Assembly: GCA_046259705.1 (NCBI GenBank)
Contig: JBJYXA010000173.1
Location: forward strand, 4,998-64,612
Length of the DNA: 59,615 nt
Direction: 5' to 3'
Source of the DNA: Caldilineaceae bacterium
Lineage (GTDB): Bacteria > Chloroflexota > Anaerolineae > Caldilineales > Caldilineaceae
The notes beneath the pieces are model-generated. The model saw only the letters and a program-made list of their open reading frames with translations. It searched no databases and was not told the DNA's origin. Of the stretch, positions 48,051 through 58,073 are shown piece by piece. Within the stretch, counting starts at the first letter, position 1. Each line of letters starts with the position of its first letter. Made by a program: the position numbers and the translations under genes.

Positions 48051-49961
48051 ATGACGAGAAAGCTTTCGCTCCTCGCGCCCCAACCGCAGGAACTACAGGT
48101 ATTCGAAGGTGTGTATTACGTGGCCGATGCCGGCAGCGTTCGCATCCTCAGCCATACATCGTCGCAGCTATTCACTGCGCAGTGGCTGAAAGACGCGTTG
48201 AGGAGTTTGGATGTCGACGCCCAAATCACGGCAAGTCCGGGAAACGAACTTGGCGACATAGTGCTCGTGATCGACAGCGCACTGTGTCCCAAGCCGCAGA
48301 GCTATCGACTCACGGTGGATCCGTCACGCGTGTTGATTACGGGCGCTGACGGGGCCGGTTTGTTCTATGGCGTCTGCACGCTGTGCCAATTGCTCGATCT
48401 CTACTGCGGGCCGGATGACGACGGCGCGATACCGGTTCTACAGATTCAGGACTGGCCCGACTTTCCCTATCGTGGCGTGATGCTGGACGTCAGCCGCGAT
48501 CGCGTTCCGACCATGGAGACGCTCTACGAGCTGGTCGACATGCTTGCAGGCCTCAAAGTAAATCAACTCCAGCTCTACACGGAGCATACTTTTGCCTACG
48601 CCGGACACGAGATCGTGTGGGATGGTCTGAGCCCGATTACACCACAAGACGTGCTCGAACTCGACGCATACTGTCTCGAAAGACACATGGAGCTGGTTCC
48701 TAATCAGAATAGCTTTGGCCACATGCATCGCTGGCTAAAATACGACAAGTACCGCTCGCTAGCGGAGGTGCCCGACGGCATTCTTCATCCGTTTACGTCC
48801 AAGAAGGAACCGTATAGCCTGTGTCCGACAGATCCACGGAGTATCGGGTTGCTGGCCGAGATGTACGCGCAGCTTCTGCCCAATTTCTCAAGTAAGCAGT
48901 TTAACGTTGGCCTGGACGAAACTTATGATTTAGGCATGGGACGCTCGAAGGAGATCTGCGAAGATAAGGGTGCGGGCGCTGTATATATCGATTTCCTCAA
49001 GAAGATCCACGAATTATCTATGCGACATGGCCGCACCATGCAATTTTGGAGCGACATTATCGTACGAGATGAGCCAGACCTGTTGGTCGAACTGCCTCGT
49101 GATGTACTAGCTTTGGAATGGGGCTACGAGGCGGACTATCCGTTTGACCAGCATACGCGCTTGATCGCCGAATCTGGCCGCAGTTTCTACGTATGTCCAG
49201 GGACCAGCAGCTGGAATACCCTCGCCGGTCGCACCGACAATGCGATAGGCAATCTTCGCAATGCCGCGGTCAATGGTTTCGAGAACGGCGCTATCGGTTT
49301 CTTAAACACGGACTGGGGTGACAACGGTCACATGCAGCCGCCGCCAGTGAGCTACCTCGGTTATCTCGTGGGCGCTGCTATGTCCTGGAACGTCGATACT
49401 GCAAAGACCGACCAGGAACCTAATTGGGCTGCTATGTTGGACCAGCACGTATTCCGCGATAGAGCTGGCGTCATGGGGCAGTTGGCGTACGACCTAGGTC
49501 TGGCGTATGCACATGCGGGCGCCAAAATCCACAATAGTTCACCGCTCTTCTGGCTTCTGATCCTTCCCGACGCATTGCCCGCCGGGCGATTCGCGGACGG
49601 CACGACGGAGGAGACATTGCGCAGCGCAGAAGCTTACCTTGACGCCTTGGCGGCCAAAGTGGTCAGTAGCGACATGCAACGTCCTGACGCAGAACTGGTC
49701 GAGTCGGAGTATTTGTGGGTCATCGACATGCTGAAGTGGGCCGCACGCCTGGGTATTGCCCGACTGGCCGTGGGCGTGGATAAGCCTGTCGAGGCCGTAG
49801 ACGGCGGGACGCGACGAATCCTCGCCGCCGAACTGGAGACACTCATCGAGCGATTTCGGACCCTGTGGTTGCAACGAAGTCGCCCCGGCGGCCTCGATGA
49901 TTCGGCCGGCCGGCTGGAGAAGATGCTGGCGCGCCTGCGTGGTGCGGGCACAGTCCAGTAG
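48051..49961 (+). CDS. GH20-family beta-N-acetylhexosaminidase-like protein
   Basis: It contains DWPDFPYRGVMLDVSRD and a candidate catalytic D-E pair in FNVGLDETYD. The start is set at ATG 48051 (MTRKLS), with GGGAGA upstream, rather than the ORF-track start at 47955. Confidence 0.75.
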   Translation: MTRKLSLLAPQPQELQVFEGVYYVADAGSVRILSHTSSQLFTAQWLKDALRSLDVDAQITASPGNELGDIVLVIDSALCPKPQSYRLTVDPSRVLITGADGAGLFYGVCTLCQLLDLYCGPDDDGAIPVLQIQDWPDFPYRGVMLDVSRDRVPTMETLYELVDMLAGLKVNQLQLYTEHTFAYAGHEIVWDGLSPITPQDVLELDAYCLERHMELVPNQNSFGHMHRWLKYDKYRSLAEVPDGILHPFTSKKEPYSLCPTDPRSIGLLAEMYAQLLPNFSSKQFNVGLDETYDLGMGRSKEICEDKGAGAVYIDFLKKIHELSMRHGRTMQFWSDIIVRDEPDLLVELPRDVLALEWGYEADYPFDQHTRLIAESGRSFYVCPGTSSWNTLAGRTDNAIGNLRNAAVNGFENGAIGFLNTDWGDNGHMQPPPVSYLGYLVGAAMSWNVDTAKTDQEPNWAAMLDQHVFRDRAGVMGQLAYDLGLAYAHAGAKIHNSSPLFWLLILPDALPAGRFADGTTEETLRSAEAYLDALAAKVVSSDMQRPDAELVESEYLWVIDMLKWAARLGIARLAVGVDKPVEAVDGGTRRILAAELETLIERFRTLWLQRSRPGGLDDSAGRLEKMLARLRGAGTVQ

Positions 49962-50010
49962 CTCGTACGCCGAGAACGTTAGCCATCTGTGCCACAGGAA
50001 AAGAAAACGG

Positions 50011-50595
50011 CTAAGGGACGTCGATGGTGATTGTTCCCGAGCCGACAGCAACGCCAAGCGGGGAGACGCGGTCCACGAGATTGAATACGGTCGTCTCAAG
50101 TTGTGACTGGACGAGGTTTAGCAGAGCCGGCGTCATGAGTGGAATGACGCCAACGCTGGCGCGCTCCACCTCAAGCTTGAGGCGACCATCTTCTGTCCGA
50201 AGGCGACCTTGAAGGTTGAGCGCTGTCTCAGTAGGTACGCCTGGAACCGCTCCTTTCCGCAGCAACACCTTCACATAGACCGTTTGCGGCTCGAGCCAGA
50301 CGACGACATCTTTGACAAGAGACTCGCCATTGGAATCGTCGACTACCATAGCACGAATTAGGCTCGAGAACTCCTCTTCGCTGAGTACGATGCGCCCAGT
50401 CCGATCCCCTTCGGATAGCGCCGAAAGCGCGGACCGCTGTATTTCCACGTCTGACTCCATCGAGCGGTGGGGCGCATACATCATGTCGCCGCTGAATAGG
50501 CCGCCAGGTGAGCAGGCGGGCAACGCCATGATGAAAAACGCGGCAGCGAGGAAGTGGACGAGGGTGCGTGGGTATGGAAAAGATACCTTTGACAT
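50011..50595 (-). CDS. Hypothetical lipoprotein
   Basis: The internal start MSKVSFPYPRTLVHFLAAAFFIMALPAC provides a signal peptide and lipobox. No family was recognised. Confidence 0.5.
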   Translation of the reverse strand: MSKVSFPYPRTLVHFLAAAFFIMALPACSPGGLFSGDMMYAPHRSMESDVEIQRSALSALSEGDRTGRIVLSEEEFSSLIRAMVVDDSNGESLVKDVVVWLEPQTVYVKVLLRKGAVPGVPTETALNLQGRLRTEDGRLKLEVERASVGVIPLMTPALLNLVQSQLETTVFNLVDRVSPLGVAVGSGTITIDVP

Positions 50596-50877
50596 ACGCT
50601 GGCCTAGCACGTGGCGTGCTTCCTGTATGAGGCGAATGCAAACGCGCGTCCTACAATCGAAAGCGGTGCAGAATTGCAGTCCCAAAACGATACTTTCCAT
50701 TCTTGAACCGCTATCTTACTATACTACAGATCCGTAACTGGAGCGAGAGAAGTGGCTCTCCGATGATTTGCCCGGCTCGCGTGTGCATCCTGTTTTCATT
50801 ACCATCTACGTGAAACGGCTGGTGGTCCGCGTTACAAATACAGAGCCGCCCTACACTACGTCAAGTCGAAGGCAACC

Positions 50878-52359
50878 ATGACTTCCATTGTTCATATTTC
50901 GCCATCTGCACCGGACTGGGTGAAGCACGCTGTCTTCTACCAGATATTCCCCGACCGCTTTGCCCGCAGTCCGCGCATCCAGCACCCGCTCGGAATCACG
51001 TTTCGAGACTGGGGCGCTCCCCCCGCGCAACAGGGATATCAGGGAGGCGATCTGCTGGGCATCGTCGATCGGCTCGACTATCTGCAAGACCTCGGTGTAA
51101 ATGCGCTCTACCTAAACCCCGTCTTTGCATCGGCAAGCAATCACCGCTATCACACGTATGATTACTTTCAGGTGGATCCGCTACTGGGTGGTGATGCGGC
51201 CCTGCGTGAACTGCTCGACGCCGCCCACAGTCGGGACATGCGGGTGGTGCTGGACGGTGTATTCAACCATGCTAGCCGCGGCTTCTGGCCATTTCACCAT
51301 GTGCTGGAGAACGGCGGAGACTCGCCCTATGTGGGCTGGTTCTATATCGAAGATTGGCCCTTGCATCCGTATCCGGCGACGGCGGGGATTGATCCCAACT
51401 ATGGCGCTTGGTGGGGATTGCATGCTTTGCCCAAGCTGAACGTGACCAACCCGGGGATGCGAGAATACCTGTTGCGGGCCGCCGCGTATTGGATGGAGTT
51501 TGGCGCGGATGGATGGCGGCTCGATGTGCCGGAAGAGATCGACGATGCTCAATTCTGGCGGGAATTTCGTCGCCGCGTGCGCGATGCCAACCCTGAAGCG
51601 TACCTGGTTGGCGAAATCTGGCACGATGCACAGGAATGGCTGCGTGGCGATCGTTTCGACGGCATCATGAACTACGTCTTCAGCCGCGCCGCCCTGGGCT
51701 TTTTCGGGAGCGAGACCTTACGTACCGACCATAAACCGGGCGGGTATGAGTTGACAAGACTGAGCGCAGCCGATTTCGCAGCCACAATCGAGCATAGCAT
51801 CTCCATCTATGACTTAGAGACGGTACTGGCACAACTCAACCTGCTGGATAGCCACGACACTGCGCGCGCCTTGTGGATTCTGGGTGAGGATGAATCCGCA
51901 CTTCGCTTGTGCGTTCTCTTTCAGATGACCATGCCGGGTGCGCCATGTATCTATTATGGTGACGAGATCGGCCTGTCCGCCGGGACCGACCCTGATTGTC
52001 GAGGTGCCTTCCCTTGGGGTGACCAGGACAGCTGGAACAGCGCCCTTCGCGATCACTACCGCAGAGCGATACGGCTGCGCAGTAAGCATATTGCCCTTCG
52101 GTCAGGCCGCTTTCGCACGGTCTTCTCGCAGGATGGCATCTACGGCTTCATCCGTAGCGCCGATGCTGAAACGATTCTAGTGCTTCTGAACGCCAACCAC
52201 GCAGTCGCCACCATCTCACTTGATGGAGCCGGTTGGCTGCAGAACGGCGACCGCTGGCTGAACGAGTGGGGACGCGGAGAGTACGTTGCACAGGAGGAAA
52301 TGCTGAGCCATCTTCGTGTGCCGGCTCGAGATGCGATAGTATTAGTCCGGAAGAAGTAG
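50878..52359 (+). CDS. GH13 alpha-amylase family enzyme (neopullulanase/cyclomaltodextrinase-like)
   Basis: Conserved regions are DGVFNH, GWRLDVPEE, GEIWH and LLDSHDT. The N-terminal FYQIFPDRF is also typical. Confidence 0.85.
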   Translation: MTSIVHISPSAPDWVKHAVFYQIFPDRFARSPRIQHPLGITFRDWGAPPAQQGYQGGDLLGIVDRLDYLQDLGVNALYLNPVFASASNHRYHTYDYFQVDPLLGGDAALRELLDAAHSRDMRVVLDGVFNHASRGFWPFHHVLENGGDSPYVGWFYIEDWPLHPYPATAGIDPNYGAWWGLHALPKLNVTNPGMREYLLRAAAYWMEFGADGWRLDVPEEIDDAQFWREFRRRVRDANPEAYLVGEIWHDAQEWLRGDRFDGIMNYVFSRAALGFFGSETLRTDHKPGGYELTRLSAADFAATIEHSISIYDLETVLAQLNLLDSHDTARALWILGEDESALRLCVLFQMTMPGAPCIYYGDEIGLSAGTDPDCRGAFPWGDQDSWNSALRDHYRRAIRLRSKHIALRSGRFRTVFSQDGIYGFIRSADAETILVLLNANHAVATISLDGAGWLQNGDRWLNEWGRGEYVAQEEMLSHLRVPARDAIVLVRKK

Positions 52360-52367
52360 CCGATACC

Positions 52368-53309
52368 ATGTCTGCTGATATTCGCGTACTGATTATTCAT
52401 AACCCTGGTGCAGGCAGGGGGCGCGCCGCCGGCCGCATCGCTGAGCTGACGCGCACGTTTGCTGAGGCCAATATTGCACACGATTTGGTGGCAACGCAGA
52501 GCAAGGGACAGGGGGTTGCACTTGCAGCCGGCGGCGCAAAAGCAGGTTACTCGGCCATCGTGGCGGCGGGCGGCGACGGAACCATCAATGAAGTCATCAA
52601 CGGCGCAGCTCTTTCGCCGCACGATGATCGGCCAATTCTCCCCATCGGGATCTATCCTATTGGCGGCGGTAATGACCTCGCTCACTCCCTCGGCCTTACT
52701 GCCGACGCCAAGGCCCTCTCCCTTGCCATTCTATCCGGACGGGTTCGCCGCGTCGATCTCGGTCTGGCGACCGTCAAGGGTCACAGCGGAGAAGTGCACC
52801 GTTATTTCCACAATAGTCTAGGCTTCGGGCTCGAAGCATCGGTCACCCGAGAGAGCGACCAGATACGGAGCTTGACTGGCGGGCCCCTCTATCTTGTCGC
52901 GGCATTCCGTGCGCTGCGTTCTTATGTTACGCCCCTTGCAACTATTGAATGGATTGACGACCAGGGCCAGAGCCACTCACTGGAACAGGAGATAACGATT
53001 GTATCGATTGGGAACGCGAAGCGGACAGGGGGCGCTTTCTACCTGACGCCAGATGCGTTAGTGGACGACGAGCTGTTCGACGTAGCCATGGCCGGAGCCG
53101 TCTCGCGCGTCGGACTAATATCTTTGCTTCCCCGGGTCCTTGTGGGCAAACATACGGACGCCAAAGCCGTGCGCATGCTGAAGTGCCGGCAGATCTCAGT
53201 GCGCAGCCGGGAGCCGCTGCCCGCCCATATGGACGGTGAAGTCGTAATGCTTGATGCCATGGAAGCCAACGCCGTAATTGATGCCGGGCGTCTCCCCATT
53301 CTGGCATAG
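52368..53309 (+). CDS. Diacylglycerol kinase family lipid kinase (YegS/BmrU type)
   Basis: It contains LIIHNPGAGRG, GGDGTINEV and GGGNDLAHSLG. ATG 52368 lies just after the GH13 stop, and the longer ORF-track start overlaps that gene. Confidence 0.8.
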   Translation: MSADIRVLIIHNPGAGRGRAAGRIAELTRTFAEANIAHDLVATQSKGQGVALAAGGAKAGYSAIVAAGGDGTINEVINGAALSPHDDRPILPIGIYPIGGGNDLAHSLGLTADAKALSLAILSGRVRRVDLGLATVKGHSGEVHRYFHNSLGFGLEASVTRESDQIRSLTGGPLYLVAAFRALRSYVTPLATIEWIDDQGQSHSLEQEITIVSIGNAKRTGGAFYLTPDALVDDELFDVAMAGAVSRVGLISLLPRVLVGKHTDAKAVRMLKCRQISVRSREPLPAHMDGEVVMLDAMEANAVIDAGRLPILA

Positions 53310-53380
53310 CTTTACCGCCATTTTTCGAGTTCTGGTATACTCAGGAAGGGTGCTGAACCCATGCGAGCGATCTGCGCTTC

Positions 53381-54412
53381 GTGTGGGTTTTTTTGGCTCC
53401 GCGCGTATTGGGTGGCAGACGGCTAGACAACGGGGGGCGTGTGGCCCGATTATCTGAGCAATTCAGTTCCGGTGTGGGCGAGCGCTTCGCTCGTGCCTGG
53501 TCGCGCCTGCGAGATGTCTCACGCGCTGCGTTCACCTCGCATGGCGATATTGATATCGATCTCACCGGCAGCGCCACCGTCAACGCTCAATTTTGGCTCA
53601 ACCGATTCCCGCTGCGGCCAACGGCCGGTTGGGCGATTTTGGCGGGCTTGCTGTCGGCCGGTCTCATGATTGGACCGCTGCGTGCGGATTGGGATTCCAT
53701 TTTGTTGCTTTGGCTGTTGGCGGATCCGCTTTGGGGAAGCATGTGGCGGCTAGCCGGTGGGCGAACCGAACTATTGCCCTTGCGCGAGCGCGACCTCAAT
53801 GCTACTGCAGCATCATTGCCCTATTTTGAACCGGGGTCGCCTGCGGAGTTGGTGCTAGGGCAGGACACGCGCGGTGTACTGCACCTGGTCTTGCGCGTGG
53901 GATTGCCTACGTTGGTTGTGTCGCTGGCAATTGCGCTCGTGTTGGGCGCCTCCGCGGTCTGGCTAACGTTGTTCGTCGTGACAATCACGGCTGCCGGATG
54001 GATACTGCGGCATACCGACCGCGCCTTGCCCGCCTTGCTGCACAGCGCCGTGACCATTGGTCTCCCGTGGTGCTTGACGCTGCTACTTCTGGGCGTGGGC
54101 AGCGGTCACGAAAGTTGGAGAGCACTGGTCGGGTTAGTTTTGCTCTGGTTCGTGCACAACTGGGGCGAGATGCGAGTACTTGGTTCCATCACGGATGTAC
54201 CGGGGATTGCGCTGCTTGCGGGAGCCGACATCGGGATTGCGCTCCTGCTCGTGTACGTTCAGCAACCCATATGGCTGGTGGTGCTCATCCTGTTGTGGTT
54301 GCCTACGTGGTTCACCATCTCTCGGCGTCTGCCAGCCGCGCGGCTGAATATTTGGTGGCTGTTGGCTATGTTGGCCAGCGCGTTAGCTGTTAGCCAGAGT
54401 CTATCGGTTTGA
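53381..54412 (+). CDS. Hypothetical polytopic membrane protein
   Basis: It has about 7-8 hydrophobic helices and no recognised family. The start codon is uncertain. Confidence 0.45.
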   Translation: MWVFLAPRVLGGRRLDNGGRVARLSEQFSSGVGERFARAWSRLRDVSRAAFTSHGDIDIDLTGSATVNAQFWLNRFPLRPTAGWAILAGLLSAGLMIGPLRADWDSILLLWLLADPLWGSMWRLAGGRTELLPLRERDLNATAASLPYFEPGSPAELVLGQDTRGVLHLVLRVGLPTLVVSLAIALVLGASAVWLTLFVVTITAAGWILRHTDRALPALLHSAVTIGLPWCLTLLLLGVGSGHESWRALVGLVLLWFVHNWGEMRVLGSITDVPGIALLAGADIGIALLLVYVQQPIWLVVLILLWLPTWFTISRRLPAARLNIWWLLAMLASALAVSQSLSV

Positions 54413-54440
54413 TTTCAAAGGTCATTTTTAGGAGACGTAC

Positions 54441-55232
54441 ATGCAGGGGCAAAATCTCGGTCTCACCGCCGACGGCGCAATGAGAGAGGCTGATGGGATA
54501 CGGATGGATGCATTGTCAGGTTCAGCAGTGGGAACGGAGGGCAATGTCACCCGTGAGGCGACTGGCCTTCGTGACGTGACGATCGAGGACGTGCGAAATG
54601 ATCCGGAAGTAATCGCCTTGTTGCGACAGGCCAATCAGGCTCTGCAGGCGCTTGGCTATACCGAACACGGTCAGCGTCACGCGGGCCTCGTGGGAAACAT
54701 CGCATCCAACATACTCGAACACATGGACTATCCGGAACGGACATGCCAACTTGCGCACATCGCCGGGCATCTCCATGACATCGGAAACGTCATACATCGG
54801 CACGCGCACGCGCAGAGCAGCAGCCTAATGGCGTGGCGTATTCTTCGCCGGCTCGGCATGCCGGCGGACGAATATGCTACCGTGATGAACGCCATCGGCA
54901 ACCACGAAGAAGAGCGAGGTACGCCCACGACGCCTGTGTCGGCAGCGCTCATAGTGGCCGATAAGGCAGATGTCCATCGCAGCCGTGTACAAAACCCCGT
55001 GATGGAAGACTTTGATATCCACGATCGGGTGAACTACGCGACAACACGAAGTTTTGTACGGGTCCAGCCCGAGAACAAGGTCATCGCACTGGAACTGGAA
55101 ATTGATACGAATTACGCCCAGGTCATGGAGTACTTCGAGATCTTTCTGGAACGCATGGTGATGGTGCGCAAGGCAAGTACATTTCTTGGATGTGACTTCC
55201 GCCTGATCATTAACCAGACTTGCTTTACATAA
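54441..55232 (+). CDS. HD-domain phosphohydrolase
   Basis: It shows an H...HD...D pattern (HGQRHAG..., HLHDIGN, ADKAD). Confidence 0.65.
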   Translation: MQGQNLGLTADGAMREADGIRMDALSGSAVGTEGNVTREATGLRDVTIEDVRNDPEVIALLRQANQALQALGYTEHGQRHAGLVGNIASNILEHMDYPERTCQLAHIAGHLHDIGNVIHRHAHAQSSSLMAWRILRRLGMPADEYATVMNAIGNHEEERGTPTTPVSAALIVADKADVHRSRVQNPVMEDFDIHDRVNYATTRSFVRVQPENKVIALELEIDTNYAQVMEYFEIFLERMVMVRKASTFLGCDFRLIINQTCFT

Positions 55233-55322
55233 GTTAGAGCACAACGCAGAAGGGCAATACGGTTCTCGAGCAAACGAGGATCGCAACCTCAAACATCAAC
55301 ACCCTGAGGCTAGGAACTGACC

Positions 55323-56135
55323 ATGCGAGTAGTACGTTTCGTGAATGCGATCACAGGCGTTCCGGATGAATGGCAACGCCCGCAATGGGGCGTTTTGATA
55401 GACGATGCGGTCTGCCCGGTGGCCCGGGCGCCACACGTCTGCTATTCGTCCGAGGACGAAATCGAGGTATCCGGTCCGCCGCAGCCGCTCGATCAAGTAC
55501 GCTTGCTGGCCCCTGTCACACCGACCAAGGTGGCCTGCGTGGGCCGCAACTACGCCGAGCATGCAGCCGAGTTCGGGAATGAAGCGCCGCCGGAGCCGCT
55601 CATATTCTTGAAACCGCCGACCACGATCGTTGGACCGGATGCGCCGGTTGTCTATCCAACGCTGAGTGAGCGCGTGGATCACGAGGGTGAGTTGGCCGTC
55701 GTCGTCGGCCGGCGCTGCCGGCATGTGAGTGAGTCTGACGTTGCCGGCGTCATCTTCGGCTACACGATCGCCAATGATGTGACGGCGCGGGACTTGCAGC
55801 GCAAGGACGGGCAGTGGACGCGCGGAAAAGGGTTTGATACCTTCGGGCCAATCGGTCCTTGGGTGGACACCGATTACGATCACTCGGGACGTACGTTGCG
55901 ATGTTGGGTCAATGGGGAACTGCGCCAAGAATCGAACACTGACCTGATGATTCACTCTGTTGCGCGCATCGTTTCCTACGTCACCGCATTCATGACGCTA
56001 GTGCCGGGCGACGTCATCATGACAGGGACGCCGGCCGGTGTGGGGCCGGTGCGGCCCGGGGACACCATGGTCGTGGCGATTGAGGGCCTTGGGGAATTGA
56101 GTAATCCTGTTGTGGCAGATAGCTTCGGTTCTTAA
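55323..56135 (+). CDS. Fumarylacetoacetate hydrolase (FAH) family protein
   Basis: It contains NYAEHAAE, the metal-binding [19 protein letters not shown] and GTPAGVG motifs. Confidence 0.85.
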   Translation: MRVVRFVNAITGVPDEWQRPQWGVLIDDAVCPVARAPHVCYSSEDEIEVSGPPQPLDQVRLLAPVTPTKVACVGRNYAEHAAEFGNEAPPEPLIFLKPPTTIVGPDAPVVYPTLSERVDHEGELAVVVGRRCRHVSESDVAGVIFGYTIANDVTARDLQRKDGQWTRGKGFDTFGPIGPWVDTDYDHSGRTLRCWVNGELRQESNTDLMIHSVARIVSYVTAFMTLVPGDVIMTGTPAGVGPVRPGDTMVVAIEGLGELSNPVVADSFGS

Positions 56136-56211
56136 CGCACGGAAACCGCAATTTCGGAGCGCCGGATTTCCGGTGTGATCATCAAACAGATCATCAACGG
56201 AGCAAGTCAGC

Positions 56212-57144
56212 ATGTCGATTCCATCATTGCAGCATTTCATCGATATCCAAAGCCTGGAACCTGAGCAGTTTTGGGGGCTAATGCGTCTCGCCAAGGAACT
56301 GAAAAAGGAACGCGTGCGGCTGGGGCATAACGCTCCGATCCTGCACGATCGTTCGTTGGCCATGTTATTTCAGAAGCCCAGCCTGCGCACCCGCGTAAGC
56401 TTTGAGATGGGCATGCAACACCTCGGTGGCCACGCATTCTATATCAGCCCACAAGAGGTAGGTCTGGGCACACGCGAGAGCGTTCCTGACGTGGCGCGTG
56501 TGCTTTCTGGCTACGCAGATGGCATTATGGCGCGCGTTTTCGAGCATCAGCACATTCTGGAACTGGTCCAGTGGGGCAGCGTCCCCGTGATCAACGGATT
56601 GAGCGACTATGACCATCCCTGCCAGGCATTGACTGATTTGTTCACGATTTGGGAATATTTCGGAGATTTGACCGGCCTCACGCTGGCGTACCTCGGCGAC
56701 GGCGCCAATAACGTCGCTACAGGACTCATCATGGCCGCGGGCCACGTTGGGATGAGCGTCCGTATCATTTCGCCAGAAGGATACCAGCCCGATGACGCCG
56801 TCCTGGCTGCATCGGATGCCGACGTCATGGTGTCTACTGAACCCGACGACGTGGCCGGTGCGGATGTGGTCTACACAGATGTGTGGACCAGCATGGGACA
56901 GGAGGAAGAGACTGCTGCGCGGCGCGAGGCCATGGCGTCATACCAGGTGAATGCTCGCCTGATGGAAATGACGAATAACCCGGATGCTGTCGTGATGCAC
57001 TGCCTTCCTGCGCACCGCGGAGAGGAGATCACGGACGAGGTTGCGGATAGTGAACGCAGTCTGCTCTTTCCGCAAGCACACAATCGTCTTCACGCTCAGA
57101 AGGCCTTGCTGGCACATCTCCTTGGCGGTATCCCGCTCCAGTAG
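56212..57144 (+). CDS. argF: Ornithine carbamoyltransferase
   Basis: It contains the carbamoyl-phosphate motif SLRTRVSFE, plus HPCQAL and [10 protein letters not shown]. Length is 310 aa. Confidence 0.9.
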   Translation: MSIPSLQHFIDIQSLEPEQFWGLMRLAKELKKERVRLGHNAPILHDRSLAMLFQKPSLRTRVSFEMGMQHLGGHAFYISPQEVGLGTRESVPDVARVLSGYADGIMARVFEHQHILELVQWGSVPVINGLSDYDHPCQALTDLFTIWEYFGDLTGLTLAYLGDGANNVATGLIMAAGHVGMSVRIISPEGYQPDDAVLAASDADVMVSTEPDDVAGADVVYTDVWTSMGQEEETAARREAMASYQVNARLMEMTNNPDAVVMHCLPAHRGEEITDEVADSERSLLFPQAHNRLHAQKALLAHLLGGIPLQ

Positions 57145-57212
57145 CTTGGATGCAATAGGTTTGCAGCGAAAATGACGAAGTTCGTAGGAAATGGAATGGG
57201 CCGAACACCCGC

Positions 57213-57989
57213 GTGATAGAAACTTCTGACATCCTGCTGTCCCTGAGCCGGTTACGGGAATGGCGCAATTTGCTGGATATCGCTCTGGTATCCATGATGT
57301 TCTTTTTTGTGCTGCAGTTGTTTCGGGGGACGCAGGCGGTACAGCTCTTGCGCGGTCTTCTGGTCATCGCCTTGATCATCGCGGTGATCAACCAGACAGC
57401 GCAGTTGAGTGCATTTAAATGGCTGTGGGTTAACAGCGCAGCCGTGATTCTCGTTGCCATCCCGGTGATTTTCCAACCGGAATTGCGCCGGGCACTGGAA
57501 CGCGTTGGCCGCACCGCGCCACTCTTGATGCGGAGGGACGATAGCGCCGGCTCGCAGCGCCTGATCAACGAGGTGATCATCGCCGTCGAGCAAATGTCGG
57601 ATCGGCGCACCGGGGCCCTGATAGTATTCGAAGGCAGCACCGGGCTCGGCGAGTTCATCGGCCGCGGCGTCGCGGTCGACGCCGAAGTAACGTCGGAGCT
57701 ATTAACGTCGATATTCTATCCGGGCACCGCGCTACACGATGGCGCGGTCATCATCGGACGTAATCGCGTCCTGGCGGCTAGCTGTGTGCTCCCGCTAACC
57801 GAACAACGGCTGTCGGACAGCCAGCTTGGGACGCGGCACCGTGCCGCAATCGGTATCACCGAACAGGCCGACGCATTGTCGCTGGTCGTGTCGGAGGAGA
57901 CGGGGACAATTTCCGTCGCTCGCAATGGACGTATTCTGCGCCTGGACAGTGGCCGGTTGCGCACGCTGTTGAGCGACTTCTTCATGTAG
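57213..57989 (+). CDS. cdaA: Diadenylate cyclase
   Basis: N-terminal TM helices are followed by a DisA_N domain with [16 protein letters not shown] and VVSEETG motifs. Confidence 0.9.
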   Translation: MIETSDILLSLSRLREWRNLLDIALVSMMFFFVLQLFRGTQAVQLLRGLLVIALIIAVINQTAQLSAFKWLWVNSAAVILVAIPVIFQPELRRALERVGRTAPLLMRRDDSAGSQRLINEVIIAVEQMSDRRTGALIVFEGSTGLGEFIGRGVAVDAEVTSELLTSIFYPGTALHDGAVIIGRNRVLAASCVLPLTEQRLSDSQLGTRHRAAIGITEQADALSLVVSEETGTISVARNGRILRLDSGRLRTLLSDFFM

Positions 57990-58073
57990 GGAACGTCAGT
58001 TGGCAGGCGCCGATGGGGCCAACCTGCGCAGCGAGCATGACGATTGCCGTTCTCTCACCGTTGGAACTATGTA

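Noticed and set aside
55296-55955. 219-aa minus-strand ORF
   Set aside because: It is antisense to the FAH-family gene.
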